Positions 14,457 to 27,594 of a stretch of 64,000 nt of DNA are shown one piece after another. The notes beneath the pieces are model-generated. The model ran no database searches. It saw nothing but the letters and a program-made list of their open reading frames with translations, and was not told where the DNA came from. The stretch is taken from NCBI GenBank assembly GCA_964016885.1, contig OZ024743.1, forward strand, positions 117,118,001-117,182,000, read 5' to 3'. Positions within the stretch are counted from its first letter, which is position 1, and each line of letters starts with the position of its first letter. The DNA comes from Eledone cirrhosa. Its lineage: Eukaryota. The position numbers and the translations under genes were made by a program.

Positions 14457-15060
14457 CATATCAGAGAGGATGTAGTAAAAGTGTGTGTGAGAGAGAGGGT
14501 GGGGGAAAGAAGAAAGAAGGAAAGGTATGAAAAAGAGAGTTGTTTCGAGTGAAAAGGAGAGATAGAGAAATTGTAAGTAAACTCAAAAAGAGAAGAAATA
14601 CGATTATACTGTACCAAAATGTGAATAATAAGAAAAATATAGAAAAGGAGTAAACAGTAACAATAACAATATGTAATAATGAGATAAAAAAATAAAAAAT
14701 AAAAAATAAAACGGTGAATAAGGAAGCGGTGAGAGAACGGAAAACGGGACAGGAGAGGGGATAGAAAGAGATAAAGAGAGAGATGATCGGAAAAAGAGAG
14801 GTATAGATGGTCGATGTGAAAGAGGAAGGTTTGGATGAAAAGGAAAAAAATATTATATGTTCACAAATGTGTAGCCGATTCAGGAACTAAATATTGTGCA
14901 TAATTAGGGAAAATATTGTCGTAAAAATGTTGTTGAACTTCCGGAGTGGAAACCATCATGACGCTGAAAGCAGTTTAGCAAAGTTTTATAAGTTTCTTTT
15001 GAGAATCCCATCTTTCAGTTGAGTCGATGGCTCGGGAATAATATATATATATATAAATAT

Positions 15061-15093
<33 letters not shown>

Positions 15094-15094
15094 C

Positions 15095-15211
<117 letters not shown>

Positions 15212-15301
15212 TATACGTATATATATATATATCCATACGTATGTATATAACTATACACACAACATACACACATACATATATGCATATACATACATACACA
15301 C

Positions 15302-15372
<71 letters not shown>

Positions 15373-15719
15373 CACACATACACTTCGTCTAAGCCAAGCT
15401 AGCGTGGACAAACGGAGATGATGGTGGTGATTACTGTATGAACATTTCTATTCCTAGCTGGCATTCGTGTTTGGTTTCTAAAACAGGTAGATTCATTCAT
15501 GATATTTTCCTCATTGGGCCTGGTGTTTCAGAACGATATTCGAATACTAGTCTCAACTTGAATACAAGTTGTTTAAGAAAGTTGGCGGTACTCCTGAGAA
15601 TTTCAAGAGACAGAAAGCTGTGTAGCTTTGTCTTACATTCCACTACACGCTATGGCGGCTTCTGAATAATCTGCTTCAACTTCTAAACGCAGAAGAAAAT
15701 GTGCCCCCTAAACACTTTA

Positions 15720-15985
15720 TTATTGCCTGCATGCCTATGGCGTGTACAGGCTGGAATGTGGCAAATGCAGCCAATTCGATATCACCAGTATTATTCGAAC
15801 GCTGCACCTCAGAATAAATGAACGCATCACCCCTAGCTCCTCGTTGTTCCACAAACAAATCATCAAATACAAAAACAAGATTAAAAAATGACCACCATAT
15901 TCTATGCTACTAGACGGCGTACATGCACCCTGATTATCAAAGAGACCCTTTTGATTAAAGGACTTGAAACCCCGTTAATAATAGA
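15720..15985 (+). mobile_element. Penelope-like element fragment (GIY-YIG endonuclease)
   Basis: Manual translation GVYRLECGKCSQFDITSIIRTLHLRINER ... ETLLIK, matching a degenerate GIY-YIG of PLE type. Confidence 0.6.
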
Positions 15986-16549
15986 ATGTAAAGGAACGAA
16001 GTGCAGTGGCTGATATAAGTCGATACATCCTACATATACATGCATACCTACAGGTACACATGTGCTTCTATACGCACACATATGCTAGCATATACACACA
16101 TATTCTAGCAATACACACACACACATCCTTATATAAAAACACAAACATATGTCACTGCATTTACACACATGCATAAGCATTTATATAGTCACACAAATAT
16201 ACACATTTACATTCATGCACACACACACACATATATATGTCATATAGATACATACACATGCTCTTGCATATATGCTGAAACCGAGAAATATAAACATTAA
16301 CACACGTATTTCGCACAAACGCAAACAAAATTGATATTCAAAATTAAATAAAAATAGAAATAACAGCCACCAGGAAGACAAATCTCCCTTATTTTGTTCT
16401 CATTCAATTACTTTCTGACTTACTACCTTGGCAATCTAACACACTTGCATTGCATGACTGTCTAGACAAACAAGCAGTCTTTGAAAGTCTGGTTGTTTGT
16501 ATATATATATATATATGTATTGTATGTATATGTATACAGACATTTATAT

Positions 16550-16613
<64 letters not shown>

Positions 16614-16797
16614 CATATGCATATATAAATACAGACTTAAACACACACATACACACGCATATTAATATGTGTGTGTGTGTTAGTTAAGTGTGTAACAATA
16701 GTTACAGGCGGTGCGTCTGTCCAAGCACTCGATGCCTTTACGAGGTCCGTTTCGTTTCGTTTGTTTTCCAGTGTTATGAAGTGTGCAAAGTCAAAAT

Positions 16798-16950
16798 AGA
16801 TTTTAAAGAGTCGAAGTCAGTTTTGCAACGTATCTCTTAACTATATTTGCATATTACAATGGTTTCCATGTCGATCAGCTCGGGGTACAATGTAATATAG
16901 AAATAAAGTTGTAGATATGCTACAATACTGACTTCGACTATTTAAAATCT
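16798..16950. repeat. Imperfect foldback (MITE-like)
   Basis: agattttaaagagtcgaagtcagt ... actgacttcgactatttaaaatct with paired interior. Confidence 0.6.
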
Positions 16951-16993
16951 CTCTCTCTCTCTCTCTCTCTCCCTCTCTCTCTCTCTCTATCTA

Positions 16994-17033
<40 letters not shown>

Positions 17034-17050
17034 CCCCCTCCCCGCTCTCT

Positions 17051-17104
<54 letters not shown>

Positions 17105-17685
17105 GTTGAAGCATATATGTTAAAACATGTTAAAGCCAATGAATTCTTTCTAGTTTCTCTCGCCGAAGTCTGTATTATTCTTGGTGTTATAGTTACTTAT
17201 ATATAATTTAAAAAGTGACATAGGGATACAAAAACAAATAGTTTTAGTCGCTTCAAGTTTTGGATTAAAGAGAGAGAAAAAAAATACAGAAGGAAAAGTA
17301 TGACGTTTTGGATTGTAGACCTTCATCAGTAGAAACATATTTTTTGAAGTTTCTTACTGTTCTTACTCTCATCTCTCTTCCGATGTACGTGTGTCGTGCG
17401 AGACATTAGATCTTTCATGCTACATATGCACACACACACTCACTTACACACACAAACACACACACACACACACATATATATATCTGTTGCTTCACCATTT
17501 TGTTTGTTTACACTCGCATCCCCTTTATTTACGTGTCCCAACGACTTTTTTTAGCCGTTGCTCGCACCAACCGGAGGTATATGGTCTTTAAAGCGTTGAA
17601 ATGCCTATGATGGTTGGAAGATAACTGATGAAGGACACACTTTTTTCATATGTAACCCATTTGCAACTCCGCAGCGCCCTTATCA

Positions 17686-17716
<31 letters not shown>

Positions 17717-17963
17717 GTCTAAAATCATCAACTATATATGTGCGTGTATATATATAGTTAAGTAGATAAATACATGGATAAACACGTAGATAGATAGAGA
17801 AATATATATGTATGTATTGTATATGTATGTATCAATGAATATATGTATATCCATGTTACCAATGTAATGTATATATATATATAATCTTACACAGGCAAAC
17901 ACATGCATACATTAATACTTTATGATATATACATATACATACATACATACATACATACATACA

Positions 17964-17994
<31 letters not shown>

Positions 17995-18093
17995 GCATTG
18001 TGTATGTATGTATTAATGAATATATGTATATCCATGTTACAAGTGTATATGTATAGATTTGTATGCATATATAGATACACACACACATATATA

Positions 18094-18156
<63 letters not shown>

Positions 18157-18169
18157 ATATATATGCATG

Positions 18170-18206
<37 letters not shown>

Positions 18207-18249
18207 ATATATTATATATATATATATAAGTATAATACATACACAATAC

Positions 18250-18280
<31 letters not shown>

Positions 18281-18339
18281 TGTATATATATATATACATA
18301 CATACATTGTCGTCACATGGTACTATGCGCCCAGCACTA

Positions 18340-18472
18340 TGTGTCAATAATTGTCACAAGTGTAGTGTTTGTACCAGAGTTTTCAAGTCGCTGGATGGAC
18401 TAAAAGTCACAGTCGTTCAGCGCATCGGTAGGGGTGGTGGCCGTACTCGAAAACGAGTTGGCAGCCACCACC
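18340..18472 (+). mobile_element. 3' tail of an RTE-like LINE
   Basis: C2H2-like [17 protein letters not shown] followed by a short GC-richer 3' UTR (ggtggccgtactcgaaaacgagttggcagcc) running into (TA)n. Confidence 0.45.
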
Positions 18473-18516
<44 letters not shown>

Positions 18517-18553
18517 TAATATATTAATGTATGCATGTGTTTGCCTGTGTAAT

Positions 18554-18620
<67 letters not shown>

Positions 18621-18644
18621 CGTGTGTAAGAATGTATATAATCT

Positions 18645-18905
18645 ATATCACCTTGATCACCTTGACCGACCAGTTTGTCGGGCGCCAAACGGCGCCAAAC
18701 GTCGTGCTGTTTTAGCCTTAAGATAACGCCATCCCACTGGCCTGGCGGGCAGGCCGGTACTCACTTCTACAGCTGAGTAAACTGGAGCAACGTGAAATAA
18801 AGTGTCTTGCTCAAGGAAGCAACACATCGCCATGTCCGAGAATTGGACTCACAACCTTTCCATTGCAAGCCCAATGCTCTAACCCCTAAGCCACGCGCCT
18901 TCACA
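18645..18905 (-). mobile_element. tRNA-derived SINE with CORE-like domain
   Basis: Minus strand head ggcgcgtggcttaggggttagagc (A-box-like) ... gtgagtccaattc (B-box-like), then ttccttgagcaagacactttatttcac (CORE-like). Confidence 0.65.
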
Positions 18906-18964
18906 TTCTAACATTCTCTATCTTAGTCATCCACGTTATCATCATATATATATATAGAGAGAGA

Positions 18965-19059
<95 letters not shown>

Positions 19060-19474
19060 ATAGATAGATACATGTAGATAGGTAATAGACGGAATGAATG
19101 ATGGAGCAAATATCACGGTCAACTGAAGAAGGTAAGATAACTGACTGACATTTCCGTCCAGAGCCAATTTCACTAGGATTGGAACAGTTAAACAAATAGT
19201 CTGTCGGAGACATTAGCAAACTGTGCGACGCTGCCGCTTGTCAATCACAGAGAAGTTGGTGTTATGTTGATATGAGGTTGGGGATGGATAGACATACGCA
19301 TGACACGTGCAGAAACACACACAAAGATGATGCACACGCAAACACACATATATACACCCACACACCTATATATTTTCAATTACAAAAGTATTTAAGTGTT
19401 GATTTGATTAAAAAGAAACGTTGCACATACAAACAACAGAAGTGAAGCAACATATGCTCATATATACACAGCCA

Positions 19475-19512
<38 letters not shown>

Positions 19513-19523
19513 CACACATATGT

Positions 19524-19598
<75 letters not shown>

Positions 19599-19625
19599 CA
19601 CACACACACACACACACACATATGT

Positions 19626-19708
<83 letters not shown>

Positions 19709-19834
19709 GAGAGCGAGAGAGTGATGATCTAGCTGTATATATATATATATTTATATATATAGGGTGGTGTAGAGGCCGTGTAAGCGTGTATATTAATTTT
19801 ATAGTTTCAACTATAATACATATATATATATATA

Positions 19835-19876
<42 letters not shown>

Positions 19877-22687
19877 TGTTTGTGTGTGTATTTTATACAA
19901 AATATGTAGATAATATATACACATAGATATTCATATGTAATACAGATATAAGTGCATAAACACACGCATTCCCCCCCCCCCACACACACACACATTAGGA
20001 TCATTGATGTGTATGGGTGAATGTAAACTTTCACATATAATTAAGAATCATATTTGCCAACAGACATTCATGAACGCACACACATACATTCACACGCATA
20101 CATTCTCTCAAATAGAAATACAAACTCATATGTTCCTAATCCTGATTTTTACTTTATTCCTTATTGTTCCTTACGGTGGAATATCAGCCCCACTGTCCGG
20201 TGTGTCAGATATAGTAGAAATGGAAAGGTTTTCGAAAAAATTTAAAAGTGTTGGTGCTGTTCGTCGGGTATATTCTTATGTTTAATAGTGTTGTACATGA
20301 TGTCTATTCTTTTGAGAGACATTAATAGGTTTTGTAGTGTAAATCATGAGGTTAGTCGAATGGCTATTGGTATAGTTGGACATGTGATTGATCAAGCAAC
20401 ATACTGCGTTCTCAGAGGTGGTCGTTCTTTTTGTCAGGTAACAACGGGTGGAACTGCTTTAAAGTTTGTCAGCAGGAGCTTTGACATATGACAGTAACCC
20501 TTTAGCATTTAAACCGGCCGTAACTTGCTACTCATACTGACATTTAGGTATTGTTCTCAAAATATATCACATCAAAATCTCATAGATTCGATATTATGTG
20601 AGATAATTATGTGATATAAAGCCTTTACCACAAAAATACAATAGTATATATAGAGTAATGTAGGGGGTAAGTTGACATAATTTCTAAAGGGGTAAGTTGA
20701 CATAATTTCATATCTCTAGTATAGAATTGGAGATGGATGGGATATGATGTGTAGTGTTACTATGAAACAAAGGACAGAGATCCTGGATCAATTTCTGTAC
20801 CATACGTCTCTCTGTATGATTATTCGTGAGATAAGTGTGACTATTCCTGATGCTTTGATTTCAAATGTGCTTGAATAGGGCTATTGTTATTAATAGTTAT
20901 CATTGGCGGAATGTATTCATTGGTGTGGGTAGCAGGCTGGAGTGTTATGTTACTTTGGAAGCAATTGCCTTTCAGTAACCTGGCTTTGTTGTTGCAGAAG
21001 TTGCATTTCAGTTATTGTTTTGCTGATGTTGCCGTAGGTTGCATATGTTTTGTCTCTTATGTATCTTGATAATGCTATATGTTCTTAATACTGAAGGAAT
21101 CTTGATGTGGCTTTTGTTAGATTTGTATTCACTAACGGAGTTTATACTGATGAATGAGATGACATATTTTCCAGCTCTTATTTTTACAATGGTGTTGTAT
21201 GCTGATATGAATCATATGAAATTCTAAGTCATCTCTCTGTTTTGGAATAGTAATAGACATGCACTATGTCTCTTTATTTATAACAAAACCGTTCATGTTA
21301 CACTAGCTAATCCAGTATGCGTCTTCCATGAAGTGGAGGGATGTTACACGGTATGAAGGCTCTACCCACTTATTGATGCCTAGCCGAAAGAAGCAACTTC
21401 ATCAGCAACATTACTAACTAAACGGCCACTCATCTCACTAATTACACGGCCAATCACAAAGCATCCAACAGCTTTAAGCAATTTGAATATAATTATATTT
21501 CCATTATTTCAGGCTTCTGACACACCCAAGAATTGTGTCTGATTAACTAACATAAACTGTATTAAACGACGGATCTGAGATAATTCTTTCTTATAGTGGC
21601 AACTATAGGCAACAATCATATCCCATCGAGTTGCAACTATAGGCAACATCATATCCCATCTAGTTGCAACAAGTCAACTATTTGTATAGAGGGGAAAGTC
21701 GATTTTATCGACAAAGTACTTGACTGGTACTTAATTTGCGCTTCACTAGCTTCAAAAATGTCCTCTACTGTACACACTTATATCCATCGAATAGTGACAA
21801 GGCCGTAGTAACAAAAGCAATTCTAGACACAATAAACAAAGGTAACCTATAAGTCAGTATATGGTAGAATACACTTGCCCAATTTACTGCCCAGTAGAAT
21901 TGAATCTCAAACTACGTAGTTGTGAACTGAACCTCTTAACCACACAGTCATGTCTAAGCCTATAATATTGATTTGCAGTATATATCTTAATAGCCCAAAC
22001 GATTAGACGTTAGCTTTTTTTATTTATTTTATATTTCCAACTGAATATCACCATAAAAACATTTATATTTGTTACATGCTTTGGGCAATATATAATAAAA
22101 CCTCTCTTCATGTTATGTGTACATTTCATATTTCAGCAAACAATAAGCAATCAGGAAAGATGAAATGGGAAGTAAAATACAAACAAAAATAACAATATAA
22201 AAGACATGGGAGAAATGTGAATCTGAAGAGGGGGGGGGGGGTGATTCAGCAACTATGACGCAGTTATTTGTATTGGAACATCATTTGACAATGAACAATT
22301 AAATCGATCTACGTGTTTATATACCCTGAGTGCCAAACACACACCCCCGTAAAATCAAACTTTCCTTCTCCGGTAAAGACTCATATTTATGAGAGCACTC
22401 CACATATGTCAGCAATATCGTCATTGTTCTTCTTGTTCTTATCGTTGTGATAATTTTTTAGCTCCAGATCTGCCATGATTGCACGCATCTAAAATTAAAA
22501 GCCTTCCAGACCTGAATATTTGTCATCCTCACACATCAGACTTAATAGACCTCTGGAAACCTATCATCCATTTGATTTTTTTCATTTTATAAGAAGATAG
22601 AATGGGATTTGGGGAAATTCTGGCTACTATACCTTGCAACTAAGCGGTCGCGTAAAACAGATGTTTCCAGTACATTTTGGTCCGGAT

Positions 22688-22718
<31 letters not shown>

Positions 22719-25700
22719 GCCACAAGGGCTTAAAGATCTAGGGAACAAAACAAAAGACAGGGGCATTCGGGTTTTACAAGAATCCAGTAAAATAGATATA
22801 AAAACAATACACAATAAAATTATAACAATGAAAATTCCTCAACGTGAAGTACCACCAAGGGGTGAATCAGAAACCCCACAATCCTAAACCACTCTATTAT
22901 CTAATCTATCCCTCGCAAGGCACATCTTTTTCTCCAGCCTATCCAACCTACGGGTGTTGGGTCTGAGTACGTGTATTCACAAGGGCCATCCACGCTATAT
23001 TCACCCACCTTTTTATAAATGTACTTGGGGAGAGCATTTTTCTCCCCACCATTTTCCTTTCCATTCGGAACTTGAAAAAGTTGATGGAGGATTGGCCGAA
23101 GAAGAAAGTGTCTGCATCAGTCATTTGAACCACATCCACTACAAAATCATTTTTGCTATAGCCACCAAGCAGAGGAAAATTACCGGCTCTTCCCACCCAA
23201 AAGGAGGCAGGGGGCGATCTTCACTATGGACTCAGATAGCCTATCTAACACGCTAAAATAGTTGTTTGACAAAACTCCTGAAGTCAGTAATGCATGTCAG
23301 TAGTGCGTGCAGAATGGTTTCGTCGCTCTGTGCGCATTTCAGTCAGGTTCTGACAGCTCTTCCGAGCCCGTAGAGTTTATCTCGAACCGGCCGTACGCAC
23401 AGGTGTGGGTTTTCTAAGCCGTGGATTTCCGGAAGTTATCCATAGTACCGTCTCAAAATTGTCAAATAAGTTTCGTGGATGACCAGAACCTCTCCGAGAA
23501 TCACCTCGCACTTGCCCAACACTGGTCCTCTATGGAACGCCAGGGGGAAATTATGAAGCGTAGCATGAATGCTAGAGGTCTGTGAGTGTTGGGAAACATT
23601 CCATGTACAAGTCGCACAGACTAGGTTTTCGTTTGACGTACGGTTGAATTTCACTCAAAGAGATGAGCTGCGACAAGACTTGACCGACAAACGCCTGTTC
23701 ACGGTTTAGGGATATCTGGAGATATCGTAGCCTCAGTGCTTGATCGTACATCACCAACCACACCATGTCTAAACATCCGCGTAGAGAGTGCTGGAAGCAG
23801 ATATACCACCTTGCCAATAGAACCTGTCTCTTCCACAACGATTTGGTGAAGTTTGAACGGGGGCAAGGCAGCATGGTCAGGCGGTAATAGATGACAGACT
23901 CGAAGTATGCGTTCGCTACCTCCACCAGGTCACTATGTTTAATGACCTGAGGTCGTTGAGTATGTGGCCCTGCTTCTATGACGACCCCAGGCCATGCGCA
24001 TTTATGCTGCCTATTCTGAGTAAGGTCATGTTGAAAGGGAGTGGAAAAAGATGAGAAAGACCACTTACCTCACTTCTTGGCCCCCTCTGGAAGGATGTCT
24101 TTATAAATCCTCCTGGAGAGTGTTTGTCGGAAGTCTCCGATGTCCTTGGGGAATTTAAATTTTAGTGTCGTGTACGTTTTCTATGTGATGCGAGTGATAT
24201 TTATGTGTGTCGGGGTGGTGTGAATTTTTGTGGTGTTGTATAGTCTTTTTGTGTGATGCTGGTGTTGTGTTGGATGTAGTGTAATAATTGGTTGTTGTTC
24301 AAATTTAATTGTTTCTACTTTTGGCACAAGGCCAGCAATTATCCAGTGCATTACTGGTACTTTATTTTATCGACCCCGTAAGGATGAAAGGCAAAGTCAA
24401 CCTCGGCGGGATTTGAACTCAGATCGTAAAGGGACGTAACTATGCTGGAAAGCATGGCGTCCGACTCTCTACCGATACTGCCAATCCACTTCAAATTTAA
24501 TGCTGTGTAGTGTGTATCGTTTTGGTTGTTTTGTTTTGTTTGCGTTTGTTGTGGGTTTGTTTCTGTTTCGCTTGTTGGTGAGTTTTGTGGTGTTGGTGGT
24601 GGTGGTGTTGGAGTTAATGAATGGTAATAATGTTGGTGTTTGTGGTGATGGGGTTGGTGATGCTTGTGTGGGTGGTGACATAGCTGCCTTAACTTTTTTG
24701 TTAGTTTATTTGTTGCGCCCTGCATTTTGTTTTTGGAGTGCTAAGGAAGTTTATTTAGTCTTTTTGTTTCTTTTTTTTCTTTTTTCCAGATACAGTTTCC
24801 CACTCCTCCTCTTCGTCACAATCTGTCTCCAGTTGCGATACGTCGGGGAGTGGAAAATCCTCCACATGCGTTGGTTTTAGTTGTGGTGTGGTGGATGGTG
24901 GAGGCGCTGCTGCTAATTCTGGCGCGGTGGGTGGTGGTGGTTTTGCTTCTGTTGCCGCTACAGTTTCTGTGGTTGTTGCTGCTACAGTTGCCTCTGTTGT
25001 TGCTGCCATTTCTGCTGCTGATTTTGATGGTTGAGTCACTGGGGAGGGGGGAGGGGCTCAACCTTTTAGCATGAGGGCAGAAAGTCTTTAGGTGGGTTCC
25101 TTCGCCACAAACGACACACCTAGTCCTTCTACCCTCAACGATTACGGTGAGGTGGCTGCCGTATATGAGGTCTATCACCTCTGGAATTTCCTCTAAGTTT
25201 TATTTTGGTCCGCCCGGATCAGGAGCTCCATCTCATATCCGGACCAGTTCTGCTGCTTTACTTTTATCACCTCAATTACTTGAGTGTCGGTCTCGATGTC
25301 GGCGAGGACGGCAGCCATTAGCCAGGGAATTTCAATGGCCGGCGGAACCTGTGTCACCCTGATCCTTACCAGCCTCTGGCCACAATAGCTTGGGACGAGT
25401 GGGAACTCGTCACTCTTTAAAGGGGCCACGGAGTGCTCTCTGGCTTCCTGTGGGGTTCCGAAGAACACGTCCACGGTTCCATATTTTTGCCACACATGTC
25501 CCAAAGCTTTTTGTATCTGGGACTCGGATGTCCGTTCCACTCGGCGCGTTTTAATATTTATCGTCCGATATGACACGGTGCATAGGCGCCGATGCTCCAT
25601 TGTCTTAGATGTGTGTGTGTGGGGGGATGACCCTGTAACCATATTATTTTTACCATTCGCTTGGCTTCATTCAATTCTTCCTGGCTTACCTCAACCGTTT

Positions 25701-26463
25701 CATTTTTGTTTGCCGCTTTAGCAAACGAAACATTTGGTTTTGCGCTGGTGTTGATATTGTTGTTGTTATTCTTATTGTTGCTGTTGTTGCTATTGTTGTT
25801 ATTGCTATTTTTGTTATTATTATTTTTGTTTCAGTTGTGGTGGTGGTGGTGGTGGTGGTGGTGTCAGTGGCGTTCGGCGTGGAAGAGTCGGTTATCGGAG
25901 AATCCATTTCGATGTCACAAGAAAATAATTTATTTTTTGTTTCCGTTGTTGCTGCGGTGGTGGTGGTGGTGGTGGTGGTATCAGTGGTGTTGGTTGTTCT
26001 TTTTGACATTGTGGTGGTGGGGAAGGCGACTTTAACACCTGTAGACATTGGTAATGGCGAGAAATCCATGTCTGTATGTGACAAATCTAAATAATTGCCA
26101 TTGCTATTACTTTTATTTGCAGTGTTGGCATTTTTTCTGTTGTCTGTATTTTGGTTGTTGCTGTTATAGTTGTAGTTGGTGTGGTAATTTTTTTAAAAAT
26201 TAGTGTTCTCGGTGTTATTGTCTGTTTGTGGCTGAGGATGTCGGTGGGGGCTCAGCCATGTTTTTTTTTATTTTTAAAAGAAAATTGTTCAAATATTAAT
26301 AAAATATTTGGGCCACGAGGCCCAAATATTATACTTTCCCTTCACAGGGCAAAGTCCAAGGGCTTATATCCCTTACACAAGAAGAAACATTTAACAACAA
26401 ATAATTATAACAGGTAAATAAAGCGACTCACTGGGAGCGAGCAAAAAGACGTCCGAACAGACC
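22719..26463 (-). mobile_element. Tx1-clade LINE copy 1, internally deleted
   Basis: 5' UTR and 3' UTR homologous to copy 2; ORF1 remnants with zinc knuckle CVVCGEGTHLKTFCP; ORF2 start at ~24029 joins directly to EVANAYFESVIYYRL; C-terminus RWVNIAWMA. Confidence 0.85.
24310..24489 (-). mobile_element. tRNA-derived SINE inserted in Tx1 ORF1, with 12-bp TSD
   Basis: A box tggcagtatcggt, B box gagttcaaatccc; TTCAAATTTAAT duplicated at 24298-24309 and 24490-24501. Confidence 0.88.
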
Positions 26464-26489
26464 AATAATAATAATAATAATAATAATAA

Positions 26490-27572
26490 GACTAGGAAGC
26501 TATTGACTATCTACATGTTCCACAAGAGGAGTGATGTCGATAGACTCTGCTTAAGGAGATCTGAAGGTGGAAGACGTCTTTTCAGCCAGAGGAATGTCTA
26601 CAGATGGAGAAAAACAACCTACACAAATACGTTACTGATAGTAGGGAGCCAATGCTCAGAATTGTACTGAAGGGGAGGACAATAGACCAGGGGATGTCCA
26701 ACGAGGAAATAGCAACAAGGAGAAAGAGCAACCTTCATGAAAAATCCCTTCATAGAACCTTCTTTGAGAAAACTGAATTCAGAGATCCACAGACATGGAA
26801 CTGGTTGAAAAGAGGAGACCTTAAAAAGGCTACCGAAGGAATGCTAATGGCTGCGCAAGAGCAGGCCCTAAAAACGAAGTGGCTGAAACACCATATTTAC
26901 AAGGAGGAGGCTAGCCCACTGTGCAGGATCTCTGGAGAGTGAGAGGAAACTGTGGCTCACATTGTATCCGAGTGTAAACACCTAGCCCAGACTCACTATA
27001 AAGGCTGGATACATGATATGATGGGCAGGGTGATCCACTGGCACTTATGCAAAGTAAACAATTTACCACATTCTGAGAAGTGGTATGATCATAAGCCAGA
27101 GTCGGTGATAGAAAACGATCAGGTGAAGGTGCTGTGGGATTTTAGCATACAGACGGACAAGAAACTGGAACACAATAGACATGACCTGGTGGTTTTGGAT
27201 AAGGAAAAAAGATCGTGCCTGATTGTGGATGTGGCCTGCCCATTCGACACGAGAGTGCAAGAGAAGGAGAGGGAGAAAATTAACCGATACCAGGACTTAA
27301 AATGGGAGGTAAAAAGGATTTGGAACTGGCATGAAGTCAAAGTGGTCCCGATTGTCTTAGGCGCACTGGGGACTATCTCAAAGATTTTCCAGGGATGGTT
27401 AAAGAAAATTGGCCCCGCCCCGCTTTTTGGAACACTTCAAAAGGCATGCTTGCTGGGAACAGCAAGAACACTCCGATACGTCCTGAATATCTGAGGCTGA
27501 AGGTAGTGGCTTGATATTCATTTCAACACACTTTCCAGTTAACCAACATCAATGACTGAGACTCAAAGAACA
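26490..27572 (+). mobile_element. 5'-truncated R4/Dong-type RLE LINE
   Basis: TRKLLT..DVDRL..EGGR, AAQEQAL, CCHC region (CRI..ETVAHIVSEC), RLE motifs HNRHDLVV, IVDVACP, EKINRY, VPIVLGALG; flanked by (AAT)n on both sides. Confidence 0.88.
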
Positions 27573-27594
27573 ATAATAATAATAATAATAATAA

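Noticed and set aside
12989-14617. Hydrophobic Phe/Leu/Ser-rich ORFs resembling membrane proteins
   Set aside because: Products of pyrimidine/purine-skewed low-complexity sequence; only a faint PLE-like 3' motif (NFRLATYDP) near 13225.
22692-22718. Poly(A) run as the tail of Tx1 copy 1
   Set aside because: Wrong strand (poly-T in element sense); more likely a separate run or the tail of an adjacent plus-strand insert.
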